A stretch of DNA of 64,000 bases from Octopus sinensis (GCF_006345805.1 NC_043001.1:107756001-107820000); one strand, 5' to 3'; positions 38,070 through 53,415 are shown, numbered from the stretch's first letter. Notes: generated from the sequence alone by a model not told the origin. Numbers and translations are program-made.

Positions 38070-40036
38070 TTATTAACGACCGTGTGTACTTCCCATTTCT
38101 TTTGACTAATTTATATAAAAATAGAACCGAAGTATAAGCTCCGAAGTAGACATGTCTTCTAATTATTTTTTGCTAGCTCACTAATGTTCTTGGGAAAGAG
38201 ATGAATGCCATATTATCCCATGCCTTTTTTTCTATAAAAATGTCGTAAAATTGAGATGAAAATAACCTCGTTAATCATTTCTGCGTGTTAATTTAACCAA
38301 ATATATTTTAGATATGTAAATATAAATCAATAAACAAATACTAGATGAAACAGCTTCGTCATTGGACTGATAGCCATTTTGATAAAAAAAAAGAATAAGA
38401 AGAAATAATCGAAGTCACACATTCCGAAAAAGAACATAAGAAATGAAAATTAAAGGCTGATACGCGGAATTAATAATTAATTCTTTCATTTTAAGAAAAG
38501 CGTTATGAGGTTTGTTTGAATAAAATATATAATTATATTCTTGCTACGTTTTTCTCATCCCTAAACCCCGTGTTGAATAATTAAGCCCAAAAGCAAAGCA
38601 AAAGTAAACAAGATATTTCATTTTCTTTTACAAACAATAAGATAGAAATAGATTCTACGAAAGCTAAACAATCTTAAAGATTTTATTGGAAAGATTTGCA
38701 ATTATTGCTTATACGAAACGCTTAGATTCTAGCGTGTTTTACATATTATTTACAGCAGAATGCGAGAAGGAAAGTAAACAACTTTTATATCAGTAAATGA
38801 ATGGGTGTATCTATATGCGGGAGTGATGAGGAGTGGACCGGGAAGATGAGAGTAAATATATTAAAAACTTCACCGCAGCAACAACATATACAGAAAAAAA
38901 TCAAGTGCAGACGAAATTGTTATATAGTTTTTCTTTCTCTTTTTTTTTTTTGGCTCATAGACTAAAATATAAAATGTAATTAATTTTATAATTTATCGCT
39001 CTCAACATTACATTACTAAAATGTAAAATAATGGTTTTGGATGATCTGATCACAATAAACATACAAATGAAAAGCAATTATTGCAACAATAATATTAGAG
39101 TAATACATAATTTATTTAAAAGAAAAAATGAAACTGATGAAGATGGTTTAGAAAACAACTGCAAGGCTAACTGAAAGTGAAGTAATGAAAACAGACAATA
39201 AATAAATAACGTGTTTACTCTTATTGCTTAGATTTCAACATCGGGACTTGTAAAAAGGATTCGTCAAGTGAAACGGAGAAGTAATATATCTCTCATTTGC
39301 ACAGATATGGGCAGGGGGCATCATGTGTAGATCGGTAAATCTACAGATTCTCTTTGGCGAAACAAGAACCAGCACTGAAATTTCGTATAGGAAAGGACGC
39401 AACTTTCAGTGCTGGCTCAAATTTCTATAGAAATTCTGTAGAGATAGTTTTAGAAAGTAATTGAATCGTACTGCTAACAGTGTTGAAGTATAAGTTTTTA
39501 ACAAACTTGGAAAGACACAAATGAACCCTGCTGAATTCTACAAACGAATAACGTCCTTATATTTCGTCGTTAATGACGAAACAAAAAGATTTTAAAGACT
39601 ACACTATTTTCTTGTTATATATTCTATAAACACTGAGAAGAGGAAAGACAACCAAGAATAGTGTTTGTTAGAATATGAATTAAGAACATTTATAGACTCG
39701 ACCAATCAAAATATTTAGTCAAGTATTCTAGAATTCCTGAAATCAGTCACCGTAAATAGAATTACATAGAAATGTTTTTTCGCACAAGCGACAGGTCACA
39801 TATTCAAACTGGAAATATGCTATCGATTCATCCGACTGATCGAAGGATCAATAAAATAAACACTAGATTTTGAAGAGTTAGTTTGTTCAATCGCACTTAC
39901 TTCAACCAATTGAAAATTATGGAATTGTTGACCTCTGCCCCTAAGGCATTTCATATCTTATTTCAGACCATTTTCCACGCCGTTCAACAAAATTTCGCTA
40001 CCCGCCACCAGAGTAATAATGATTAATTTTATATAT

Positions 40037-40359
40037 AGGCGCAGGAGTAGCTGTGTGGTGCGAAGCTTGCTTCCAAGCCACATGGTTCTATGTTCAGCCC
40101 CACTGCGTGACTGCTTGGGCAAGTGTCTTTTACCGTAGACTCAGGCCAACCAAAGCCTTGTGAGTGGATCTGGTAGACGCAAACTGAAAGAAGCCTGCCG
40201 TATATATGTGTGTGTGCGTGCATGTGAGTGTTTGTATGAGTGTGATAGTGTGTGTGTGTGTGAGTGTGATGGGGACAAACACAGACACAAAACAAACATA
40301 CACACAAACACAAAACACTCATACAATCTCAAACACACACGCACATACATATATATGTA

Positions 40360-40360
<1 letters not shown>
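40037..40360 (+). mobile_element. SINE family S3 5' half joined to an inverted internal segment
   Basis: after the (TG)-rich block comes 'ggggacaaacacagacac', the reverse complement of the usual 'gtgtctgtgtttgtcccc'. Confidence 0.75.
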
Positions 40361-40397
<37 letters not shown>

Positions 40398-40631
40398 GGC
40401 TGCAAACGTTTCGATACATACAGATCCTCGTATATACAGGATTTAAAGTTAAGTTTAAATTAAATTATGTAACGATTTACCTGTATAAGAAGATCTATAT
40501 TTATCTCCTCAGGCGATTCTCAGTTGCTGTCTCCGTAAGTAAATCTATATTTCCATGCTATAACATCCCTCAACTACACACACACATATATACATACATA
40601 TATGTATATATATATATATATAATATATATA

Positions 40632-40674
<43 letters not shown>

Positions 40675-40916
40675 TTATTACTACACATACTTTGAACGTA
40701 CATATTGTGTTTAAATGCCAGAAGCTGCAGTTTTCTGTTTGGCAAAAAATCATTTTTAAGAACGTATAGTGTGGAAAAAAAGGCAATATAGCCCAGAGCT
40801 AGGTGAACAAGACAGCAACATTGTGTCTGGTATTGAGAAGGTTTATATTTAAGAGCTGCTTGTATTGCATAATCTGAAAAACACACACATGCACACGCAG
40901 GTATGTATGTATGAAC

Positions 40917-40947
<31 letters not shown>

Positions 40948-41817
40948 TGTATGTATGTACGTATGTATTTGTGTATCCGTGTATCTGTTTTGCGAGGGTG
41001 CGTGCTAGAGTGTATCTCCGGACCTATGACCATAGATAGACAGTGAAATATCAGATACCAATGCAAAAAAAACTAGCTATCATATATTTCATAATAATTT
41101 ATTTCTAACCATTATTTTCTTACTATCCTCACGTCAGCCATTTTATCTCCTTTTTTCTTTTTCTTTTTTCCCTTTTTCTTTTTTTTTTTTTTTGGTTTTA
41201 CATTTAGCGGGGTGGAGAACAGCTGTAACGCGTTTGATCTTTGCATAATATAAATGTAGATATCATTCTTATATTCGGAAATAGAACATTCTGTTGGCCA
41301 TTGCATTCGACTCCACTGCATATTCACCACAGTAAATTAAATCTCATTATCAATTGAAATATTTATATTATTAGTTCAATTTATCGAGTTTACGAGACTA
41401 ATTTTAGCAACCAATTTGCCACTCTCCATCTTCGCTTTCAATACTTGAAACTATTTGCTCGTTTTCTGGAACGTTACATGCGCTTTAATAGATTGAATTT
41501 GATCTTTGATGTTTCGGCCAAACTTGCAGGTTTAGGCACCTTACCAATATCCACCAAAGCATTACTGACTCAATTTGGCTCTTTATCAACTGCAGACTAT
41601 TTTAAAAACATTAATTCTTTTTCCTCATCCAATATGTCCCACTTTCACTTTCGTATTTTTTACTCTGACTGAAAGAGAAAAAAAACTGACAATTGTATTA
41701 TTTGATTATCATATTGAGCTTTAAGTTATTTAATCATTTACTCTTTTCCTAGGTTCAGTCAAGTTACTGGACTGGGGCCATGCTACAGCACTGCCTCAAA
41801 TGTTCTTCAGTACATAC

Positions 41818-42210
41818 AGGCGTGGTTGTGTGGTAAGAAGTTCGCTTACCAATTACATGGTTCATGGTTCAGTCTCATTGGGCATGTGTCTTCTACTAAA
41901 GCCTTGGACCGACCAAAGCCTTCTGAATGGAATTGGTAGGCGGGAGTTGAAAGAAGACGGTCGTATATATCTACATGTATGGGTGGGTGGGTGGTTGTGT
42001 GTGTATGTGTGTGTCTTTGTGTCTGTGTTACCCCTCCACCGATTGACAACCGGTGTTGGTGTGTTTACGCCCCCATGACTTAGTTGTTCAGCACAAGTGA
42101 TCGATAGAATAAGTACCAGGGTTTAAAAAAGAACATGAGTACTGGAGTCGATTAATTCGACTGAAATTCTGGCCACAGTCTCATGACTGAAGCAGCAAAA
42201 TGATAAAAGA
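41818..42210 (+). mobile_element. SINE family S3, diverged
   Basis: recognisable head, CORE-like segment and tail. Confidence 0.8.
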
Positions 42211-42818
42211 TATTTAATTAATTAGAATAAAAGTAACTGACGCTATAATTTGTTATCAGTTTGAATATTAACTCTGTTATTAACACCCCATCCACTCTTG
42301 CTAATATCTACTTCATTTAAAGAAAGACCGAGATGTTATTGCTAGGATTATGGCTCCGGCTAATCCCAAAACTCCATCTTCAGTGATGTGAGGCTGCAAA
42401 TAATAAATATTACGGACGAACACCTCTTGTGAAGGGGTCAACACCTGTTATGAAATTTGATTTTGCTTACGCTATTAAGGCATATGTGAAATGCACAAAA
42501 GCTATGAATTCGGAAATCTTTATAATCATCACTGTGTGCAATCAACAAGAAAGGAAGTTTTATTGCTTTATTGATGTTGATTATTAAGCGGAAATAATAA
42601 TGTTTAAGAGTAGCAGGGTGGTGTGTGTGCGTGTGTGTGTTATAGATTAGATGAAACTCATTATTTAATTGCTACAGTTTTTTATTGTCTGCGGATAGAT
42701 GAAAATAGGAATTAATCTCAGTGGGACTCGTATTCACAACTTAAATAGCAATAACTTATCGCTGAGTAGCAGTAAGGACATTTTCATTTATCGAGGCTGA
42801 TCAACCCTATCTGCTAAC

Positions 42819-42910
42819 TCGTTCAATCCAATCAGGTAGACCCCAACGTCGTTCAATCCATTTCAGGTAGACCCCAACGTCGTTCAATCCATTTCAGGTA
42901 GACCCCAACA
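42819..42910. repeat. tandem repeat, 3 x 30-31 bp
   Basis: tcgttcaatccatttcaggtagaccccaacg repeated head-to-tail with no spacers. Confidence 0.95.
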
Positions 42911-43160
42911 AAATGTCCTTTCTGCTGCCTTTATTTGGGTGGTGATAGCTCTCGTTCTCTACAGTAATTACCCAATGAGTGGGTAGAGGTACAAAATTGA
43001 AAAGGAAAAAATACTATGAAAGTGAAGTGGAAGACTACTGCAGGAACCGGATCAGAACCAAATGCATCCCTGTAGAACTGCGCAGGTAATGGTTCACAGA
43101 TAGATTACTTAATAAAGACAAGGCATTCCGATAATAATAACAATAATAATAACAATAATG

Positions 43161-43232
<72 letters not shown>

Positions 43233-43235
<3 letters not shown>

Positions 43236-43450
43236 GGGGCTGATAGCTACCTAACTCAGATACCAGGAAACCCAAAAATGGCAGAAATTAGCACAACACC
43301 AAAAACTCTCCCCCCCCCCAAATATATGGCATACTAGGCATAACAACAACATGAACTTCCAACCTGTTGTCTCTTGAGGTCTCTGGGTGAGACTTGGAGC
43401 CAACTTGTACAAATATAAAGCAAAAGTCAAACATAGAATAATAATAATAA
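43233..43450 (+). mobile_element. Dong/R4-like LINE extreme 3' end embedded in (TAA)n
   Basis: 'KGADSYLTQIPGNPKMAEI' and 3' UTR; (AAT)n on both sides (43130-43232 and 43437-43450). Confidence 0.75.
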
Positions 43451-43699
43451 AAACAAGAGCATCCATAAAGCTCAAATCTCCGCCAGCGCAACACTAACGT
43501 CCCCTCAACGATTAGGTGGAGATTATTTTTAAAATGAGAATATCTGGAATAAACTCGACTGCTCTCACAAACCCGCCAGCTCTCAAAAATTAAGTAAAAA
43601 CGGAAAACGGAAAAATAATTCAGAATCCTTGTTCGGGACCTGATCGATCCCAATTGTAGTCATGGGATGTGTAGGTGGGTAGGCGGGCCGTGTTTGTAA

Positions 43700-43925
43700 T
43701 GCTGTGCGTATGTCGTCTGCAGTGGGAACAGGGACACTTTTCTTTATGAAGGCCTTTATCAGTCTATCCACTGATATAGTGTCTTTACGACCATTTAGGT
43801 CTATAGTGAAAACTTTGTACGTGCATGAAAGAAAACGGAAAGGACCTGCATGCTGTGCTGTTAACGGCGGTTTAACAACATCGTTGCGCACAAAAACGTG
43901 AGTCCAAGAAGTAATGCTTCCTTCA
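43700..43925 (-). mobile_element. Gypsy-type integrase C-terminal remnant
   Basis: 'WTHVFVRNDVVKPPLTAQHAGPF...FTIDLNGRKDTISVDRL' matches the GPY/F region. Confidence 0.82.
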
Positions 43926-44289
43926 AGGCAGAGCTAGAAATGCTGTTGTCAAGTAGGTTAGAGGTTTTAAACAAGAGCCATATATTCAAAGTTGGTAAAA
44001 CTAAAAATTGTCGAGGTTAAATTAAACTTATTATTGTTACTGAATGTGTTAGTGTTAATTAATTTCTGAACTGTTTCGCTGCCGTTTGTTTCTGTAGTTT
44101 GATTTCTTTATCCATCAGTTTCTACTAAGATAGCGAAGCGAGTAAAATTAATAATAGAGAAACGAAAGCAACGCCACCATAGCTTACGTGGAAATCATGA
44201 GCGTTCTTTCAAGGGAGATAATCAGAGAAAGACTTGAAAGTCCGAAAGATCGTAATACTTCATGTAAAATAAATATAACAAATAATCCA

Positions 44290-44482
44290 GAATCCTTTTC
44301 CGGTCCCGGATCGATTCCAAAATCTAATCAGTTCATACCAGTCATGAGGCTAAACATCCCTGAACGTTTAATCCAAATCCATCCAGCGGTTCTTGAGATA
44401 TTTTGTTCACGGACAAACAAACAGAGAAACAAATACGACTGACAACAATACTTCCGCCTTCGCTACGGTGGAGGTCATAATA
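44290..44482 (+). mobile_element. Helentron-associated (HINE/DINE-like) non-autonomous fragment
   Basis: 'ccaaaatctaatcagttc...ttgagatattttgttcacggacaaacaaac' ending in the hairpin 'cttccgcc...ggtggagg'. Confidence 0.45.
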
Positions 44483-45193
44483 ATAGTACAAAATAAGTTC
44501 ATTATATTTTGATGAGAATTCAAACAAATATAGTTTTAAAGAATTGGGTTGTAACGCTTCTATTATGATTCTAATTTGATTCGTGTTGGAGCTGATCATG
44601 AATATATTAAGAAAAATTACAAATTATTTGGTGAATCAGTGACCGTAAATACTGAAGAGTTTGGCAATCGCTAGATTAGACGATTGTGAATTGGGACTTG
44701 ACAAGAAGAAATTATAGAATTCTTTACATTGTATTAAGTTGTACAATTAGTGTTAAGGCCTATTAACAAATCAATTGCTGATAACACCTACTTTAATCAC
44801 GGTATCTCCCTTATCTACTGACTTACCTCCTCTATGTTTTACTGTTATCTGTTTGCTCACCTTCTATCTTTCTCTCTCTCTTTCTTCATACACACACGCA
44901 CACGCATACACACGTAAGTATATATATTTGTCGTAGGATGCATTAGCATCTATACACATGATCACGTAAGGCGCCAAAAATGGCTAGGTGTAATAACATA
45001 GGGTTCACAGTGAGGTACAACAACCTTGAAGGTTCCATCTGTTGCTAGGATACTGTATATATATGTAAGTACCAAATCCAAATTAAACCATAGATCCGAC
45101 ACAGGCCTGGTTCTAAGTACGACGTAGGTATATAAATAGAACCCAATTTCTGTTCTTCATATATATGTGTGTGTGTATACATGTATATATATA

Positions 45194-45225
<32 letters not shown>

Positions 45226-45924
45226 GCACATATATGTGTGTGTGCGCATCTGTCCGTATGTATACATACGCACACACATATATAGCCTTTATCTTTTCCT
45301 TTCTTTCTCTCTCTTTCTCTCTCTCAGTCTCCCTCCCTCTGTATTTTTATGGGACTCCCACTAATTCTATGAACCTCATTATAATTATAGACCGTGCACT
45401 CCATCTCATAGCATCCATGCATTCTTGTATATCTCTCAGATACTTCTCCCTCTGTTCCTTTCCAACACTCTCTTTCCCCTCACTCCTCTCTCACTCTCTC
45501 TCTTCCCTATTTAACTCACACACACACTATATTTAGATATCGCTTACTCTCTCTTTGCCTTACACCTTCCTTTCCTCTTCTCACCCCAGCTTGTCTGCCA
45601 CTACCTCTCTTCCCCTCTCCTTTTGTCTTGTATCTATTTAATTGTAATAATCCTCGAATGTCGTCCATCGTTTCACTATTTCTCCTCCCGACTACTCTTT
45701 CACTCTCTCCCTCCCTCGTTCTCCTTTCCTTATATTTCCTTCTCTATGATTCCATTTGTACTTATCTCACCATTTCGATTCTTGCATTCCTTCCACATTT
45801 CTCTCTCTCTCTCTCAAGTTGAATACGTAGAGCAAGATGTAACATCAAGCTCTACGTTTCTCTTATCTTTTATCGCGTACTTTCTTTTTCTTTTTTGAGG
45901 TTTTACTTGTTTTATTCCTTAGAA

Positions 45925-46775
<851 letters not shown>

Positions 46776-46896
46776 TCTCGTTATGCCACGAAAGAGACAC
46801 TCTGGCCACACTGACAGTACCTCTTCTCATGGCGATGCGCTAAATCTATAATTACCAACATTGCCGAATACCAAATCACGGACTATACAATCCTAT

Positions 46897-47257
46897 CGTG
46901 GCACTCCATGGGTTATGACGATGAGGGTTCCAGTTGATCCGATTAACGGAACATCCTGCTCGTGAAATTAACGTGCAAGTGGGTGAGCAATCCACACAGA
47001 CAGGTTTAGCCTTACCGTAGATCTCGGTGAGTTTCAGCGTGACACAGAGTGTGGAAAGGTTGGCCCTTTCAAATACAGGTACAACAGAATGAGTGAGAGA
47101 AAGTTGTGGAGAAAGAGTATAGCAGTGTTGCCACCACCTCTTGCCGGAGCCTCGTGGAGCTTTTATGTGTTTTCGGTCAATAAACTCACAACGCCCGGTT
47201 TCGGAATCGAAACTGCGAGTCCGCTGCCCAAACCACTGGGCCATTGTGCCTTCACAA
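46897..47257 (-). mobile_element. SINE family S1
   Basis: reverse complement of S1; flanking aatcctat at 46889-46896 and 47258-47265. Confidence 0.88.
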
Positions 47258-47609
47258 AATCCTATACTTCAACATAACATCCTATAATCAAACACTGTAG
47301 CGACACAACAACGACGCAACACCATGTCACTCTAACCCATTCCGTTTCCTTCATTCTCTTCTGGCCAGAACTCCATAGTAACTATACCGATGTGTTTTGA
47401 TTTTTTGTTGTTGTTTTTTTTTGCTTTTGTTCTTTTTTTTGTTTTGTTTTGTTTTTTTTGTTTTCCAACCAACAACCATCTTTTCCACCCAAACCACTGC
47501 AAATTCTTTCTGTCAACTGTAAAGCAATATTTAACGGCGCGAGCAGCGAAATCCGTCGGCGGTAAGAGCAAACACTACATGACAAATAAGACATTTATTA
47601 ATTAACGTT

Positions 47610-48275
<666 letters not shown>

Positions 48276-48439
48276 GCACATCATATGGAAAAAGCAGTTT
48301 CATTAGTTTTCCAACACTGCTCATACTGTACAAGTCTCTGCTGTCTTCGATCATTGGTGTGAAAGCTAATCATTCAGAGACTTCCAACGCACGCAAAATA
48401 CAAAAATGACAAAATCTAAGCGTTTTATTCAGTGTGGTT

Positions 48440-48815
48440 CAGAATGAAAACCTGCATATCGAACCCAGAGCTGAAGACAAACAGCTTTGCCAGGGAGCGT
48501 GTCACTAACAGTACTGGCAAGCAAGAAACAACTTACCGTAGCGAAATGACCAAAGCTCGTCTAGTAGTGGTATGTACCCTGACACTGCTTCTTGTCCAAA
48601 AGATTTTTGCATGTCCACAGCTACAGAAGAAGGGAAAAGCGACAGGCAGAAGGAATCGTAGTCTGAGAATATCGGTCCTGGACAGATCGCAACTTACCCT
48701 TCTACTACTTGTGACGGAGGACAGAAACCAGTGGAGATGGTTGAATACCAGCACGTCTGGAATGGCACGTGACGCGTGACTTGACCAATCGCGAAAAGAA
48801 GATGATGAGGAGCAG
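48440..48815 (+). mobile_element. RTE-clade LINE 3' fragment
   Basis: 'KTNSFARERVT' and 'LLLVTEDRNQWRW'; ends in a (GAT/GAG)-rich tail. Confidence 0.75.
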
Positions 48816-49059
48816 AAGAGGTATATTGATTATGGTACTGGCCAGGATGATAAAATGGCTATTCGTAAGGATTTTGAGTTCCTTGATTTGGCGAGTTCCT
48901 AGATTCCCCATTCAAACACGACATTTGATTCTTTCGGATGTAATTGATCTTTGTAATGATTGGTCCCCCCCCCCCACCTACGCTTAATCGATACTGCGTT
49001 AAACCTTCAGTTCTTGTAACGACTCCTTGAAATAAGCCCAAAGTCTTATTTATTATTAT

Positions 49060-49216
49060 TTTATTGTTCTTGTTGATGTTATCGTTAATATCGTCATCCT
49101 CGTCGTCGTCACTATCATCATCATCATCAGTTGCAGCAGCCGTTCCGGTAGCAGTAGAAGTAGCAGCAGCAGCAGCAGTAGAAGCAGCAGCAGTAAAAGC
49201 AGCAGTAGTAGTTGTG

Positions 49217-49249
<33 letters not shown>

Positions 49250-49640
49250 AACTGCTACATTTTAAAGTACATAATCTCCAACTCAAAACTTCGCAAACTG
49301 TAAACAAAAGCCCCCCCAAAAAAAACAAAAACTAAATAAGAAAAACAAAAATTAGTTAAATGATGCCAGTCCCCTCTCTTCGGTCTCCTGTCTCCTGTCT
49401 CCCTCTGTAATTAGTGACGAAATCTCGTGTTGACTAATTCTTTGCCATTTTCTTCTTTTGCTCTTTACTGTGATATTAACTTCAGATATGGTTTTATGGC
49501 TTTTCTATTTTCTTTCTCTGTTTTATTTTTCTTGTTGTGGCGGAGGTCGTAATGATGATAGCGGTGGCGGCAGCGGCGGCTGCGGTGGTGGTGGTGGTGG
49601 TGGTGGTGGTCGAGGTAGTGGTGGTGGTCGTGGTGGTGTC
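49060..49640. repeat. trinucleotide tracts: (TCG/TCA/GCA/GTA)n at 49060-49250 and (GGC/GGT)n at 49555-49640
   Basis: visible simple repeats. Confidence 0.9.
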
Positions 49641-49997
49641 TATGCTGCCTGGGTTTGTTTGGTTTATTGGACTGTAGCAACAAATTAAGAAGCTATCGGA
49701 AAATTTCAAACTCCTCCTCTCTCTCTCTCTCTTCTTGCAGATACTGTGCAAATGTTGCACAACTTGCCAGTCTATCCAAAGTGACGATGCATTGTTTAAT
49801 TGCATCCAATTTAGCTTACATTTTGCACACCGACGGCTGTACAACTTTATAATGTGACGAATTAATTTGAAGTTGTTTCCGGGTTTTGCTGGTCTTTTTG
49901 CAAAGTGTTTTTGCTTATTTTTTATCTTTTTTAAATTTCTTCTGAGTTGATTAACTTCTTCCAATATTCTGTCAAGTATCTAATGAATGGCTGGAGT

Positions 49998-50365
49998 GGC
50001 GCAGGAGTGGCTGTGTGGTAAGTAGCTTGCTAACCAACCACACGGTTGCGGGTTCAGTCCCACTGCGTGGCATCTTGGGCAAGTGTCTTCTGCTATAGCC
50101 CCGGGCCGACCAATGCCTTGTGAGTGGATTTGGTAGACGGAAACTGAAAGAAGCCTGTCGTATATATGTATATATATGTATATGTGTGTGTGTTTGTGTG
50201 TCTGTGTTTGTCCCCTAGCATTGCTTGACAACCGATGCTGGTGTGTTTAGGTCCCCGTCACTTAGCGGTTCGGCAAAAAGAGACCGATAGAATAAGTACT
50301 AAAAGGTGGTGCTCCAGCATGGCCGCAGTCAAATGACTGAAACAAGTAAAAGAGTAAAAGAGAGT
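49998..50365 (+). mobile_element. SINE family S3 with a short internal microsatellite
   Basis: head, CORE-like segment and tail 'gtaaaagagtaaaagag'. Confidence 0.9.
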
Positions 50366-50624
50366 AATGGTTAGAGACGAAGACTGGAGCACAGAAATGT
50401 CAGTGTGGGGAGTTTCTACACGGTGGCTTAATATGCTGGAAATAATAACCGTATTTTCATTAAATAACCCGCACCCTACTGTCTGGAATAATGAAAAATA
50501 CGTTATAAAATGTAATTGTTGATATACTGGGTAGTTCGATCTGCTGGAAATTCTAGCCACATCTGCATTAAATCAAACTTTATTCTCTGAAATAATGAGG
50601 TATATATTGTCACTTGGTGGATGT

Positions 50625-51043
50625 ATATTTCTTTATTGCCCACAAGGGGCTAAACAAAGATGGGACAAAGAAGGACAGACAAAGGGGGTGAGTCGATTAT
50701 ATCGATCCCAGTGCGTAACTGGTACTTTATTTATCGACCATGAAAGGATGAAAGGCAAAGTCGACCTCGGCGGAATTTGAACTCAGAACGTAACGGCAGA
50801 CGAAATACCTATTTCTTTATTACCCACAAGGGGCTAAACACAGAGAGGACAAACAAGGACAGACAAACGGATTAAGTCGATTATATCGACCCCAGTGTAT
50901 AAATGGTACTTAATTCATCGACCCTGAAAGAATGAAAAGCAAAGTCGACCTCGGCGGAATTTGAACTCAGAACGTTACGGCAGACGAAATACGGCTACGC
51001 ATTTCACCCGGCGTGCTAACGTTTCTGCCAGCTCGCCGCCTTA
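50625..51043 (-). mobile_element. SINE family S2 dimer
   Basis: junction at 50800-50819; TSD tcacttggtg(g/t)atgt at 50610-50624 and 51044-51058. Confidence 0.92.
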
Positions 51044-51797
51044 TCACTTGGTGTATGTGAGCTGGTCGCCAGTAGTGACTGGTTCAGTTAATAAATAAAA
51101 ATATGTTTCTTGGGCTGCGTGAAGAAGTAACTGAACGAAACACGCGAGCATTTAACAGAAGGTTTTATTATCGCACATAAAGTCAAACTGCGTTGGTCTT
51201 TTACTAATAACAACAGCAATAATTAAATACTGGGAGAGATATACTACTTGGAGTCTATTGCAACGTACGGCAACATGTGGCTTTCGCAATATAACTGGAA
51301 ATAGTTGTGCTATGTATTTGGTAACGGAGATATTTGGTATTATGTTGGAGCCGTCTGTATGGGTCGTCTGGAGTGGCAAGAATGGAGACACATCGCGCAG
51401 CTGCTTCAAAATTTTGCAGCTAATTACTTCCAAAATGGCTTTTATTGGACAAAAGAAAAAGATATAAGAGAGATCGAATCCTGCGATGGCTTGATGTTGA
51501 TTAATTGCTAAACAGACCGAACGCGTGAAATATTGTAGTTCGGTCACGATGTTGGATCGGGTATCCAGAAATTCAATTTCGAATCCTTGCAACAACGTTT
51601 TATAGAATATAATCCCAGATTAATAATGTAGAATGCATTTGAGAATAAGATTTCTGATATACTCAATGACTCGATCTGCTGGAAATTATAGCTACATCTT
51701 CCTTAAATCACACCCGACTCTAAACAGCACGTTTTAAAATGTAATAACTGCTATATAAAATGACTGGGTGCTCAATGACGGAAGACCTTTGAATATA

Positions 51798-52029
51798 TAT
51801 TTCTTTACTGCCCACAAGGGGCTAAACATAGAGGGGACAAACAAGGACAGACAAAGGGTTTAAATCGATTACATCGACCCCAGTGCGAAACCAGTACTTT
51901 ATTTATGGACCCCGAAGTGATGAAAGGCAAAGTCGACATCGGCGGAATTTGAACTCAGAACGTAGCGGCAGACGAAATACGGCTAAGCATTTTGCCCGGC
52001 GCGCTAACGTTTCTGCCAGCTATAAACTT
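51798..52029 (-). mobile_element. SINE family S2 monomer
   Basis: TSD aagacctttgaatata at 51782-51797 and 52030-52045. Confidence 0.93.
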
Positions 52030-53415
52030 AAGACCTTTGAATATAGGCGAATATTGTAAACAGATTTTGTGCGTAATGCTCATAGAATTTTGGCAAAATT
52101 TGCAAAACTTGCACGAGCATTTCTGCAGGATTTATGTTCTTTGTATTTACTATAAATGCGTGCGACACAAACTTGTGGCACGCCTACAGTTCAATTAACA
52201 GAAGAATGATGGCTATGCATTTCGCAATCATATTCCTTCTTGTTTGGAGTTGGGGATGAACCTCGTAAATTACGAGTGACTATTATTGTTTTCTTAAAGA
52301 ATTTTATACTTCATAAAAATGTTATGCAACATTATAAGGCGGTGGATCACAGAGGTGTTAAATGAATGTGTTTTCGCTCATTCAACAAGAGTTGTGCCCC
52401 GCCAAGACCTTCACGGGGATAAACACAACAAATATAAACAAAAATATACGACTCGAGGAAGTAAATTTATATCCATTTTGTACTTCATGATCTACCATTC
52501 CCACCAAAATCATTTCACGTCTCTCAAAAGTTTATAAATCTTCGTGTGTATGTGTTTGTGTGTGTGTGTGTGTTTTCTTTGAGCTTAATTTAAATTCTCT
52601 AAATCGTTCAAGCCTGTCGCTAACGAAGCGAAAAAACGTTTTGGGGTTAAGAGAGATCCGGTGTTGGTAACTCAGTGGTCGAGTTTATATGTTGGTTGTG
52701 CTGTCGATACATACACCCAGGTGTGTGTATCTATTCACAAACAAATCTGGTAATCCAGAATTTTTGAAATGTCTTACAAATCTTCAGTGTACCACAAAAA
52801 TATTGGACGTGAGAATTTCTAGGATTTTGTTCTAATTTCTTTGTAAACCTTATGCACAAGTATATGTATGTACACTTGCGTCAGAAATTAATTAGCACTT
52901 CTCAAATTTCTACATTAAATAGGTTAAATCAATTAACCTATGAGCTGTTCAAAACGTCTTACGCGATGAGAAAACTTAGTATGGTGTGATTTCGGTCCTT
53001 GCGAGGCGCTACCTATATCTATTAAACAAAGGAAGATTTGTCTGCATCCGCACTCCAAGTTGTTGCACTGCTATGTCAACATCATAAGGCTGTAGACTCT
53101 CAAACTGCTCTGCAAACAAAGTTACGTCATCGTTCTGCGCAACAGTGAACTCGCAACAAAGCAATAGTTCGAGATATGGCCACTATGTGACAGCACATAC
53201 CTTGAGTGAAGAGCAAATCAAGGGTGCTAATTAATTTCTGACGGTAGTGTATGTATGTATGCATGTATGTATGTATGTATGTATGTATGTATGTATGTAT
53301 GTATGTATGTATGTATGTATGTATGCATGCATGCATGTATGTATGTATGTATGTATGTATGTATGTATGTATGCATGCATGCATACATGCATGTATGTAT
53401 GTATGTATGTATGTA

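Noticed and set aside
40405-40445. 'cgaaacgtt' motifs here and at about 52610-52645 as further hammerheads
   Set aside because: No acceptable CUGANGA-like core or stem I.
2998-41640. Short AG...GT-bounded open segments (2998-3048, about 21905-21931, 22700-22736, 29143-29176 on +; near 8275 and 41545-41600 on -)
   Set aside because: Plausible splice signals, but no recognisable protein and no consistent strand or phase chain; cannot be supported without RNA data.
42819-42910. 31-bp repeats of CRISPR-like length
   Set aside because: Directly tandem with no spacers, in a eukaryotic context without cas genes.
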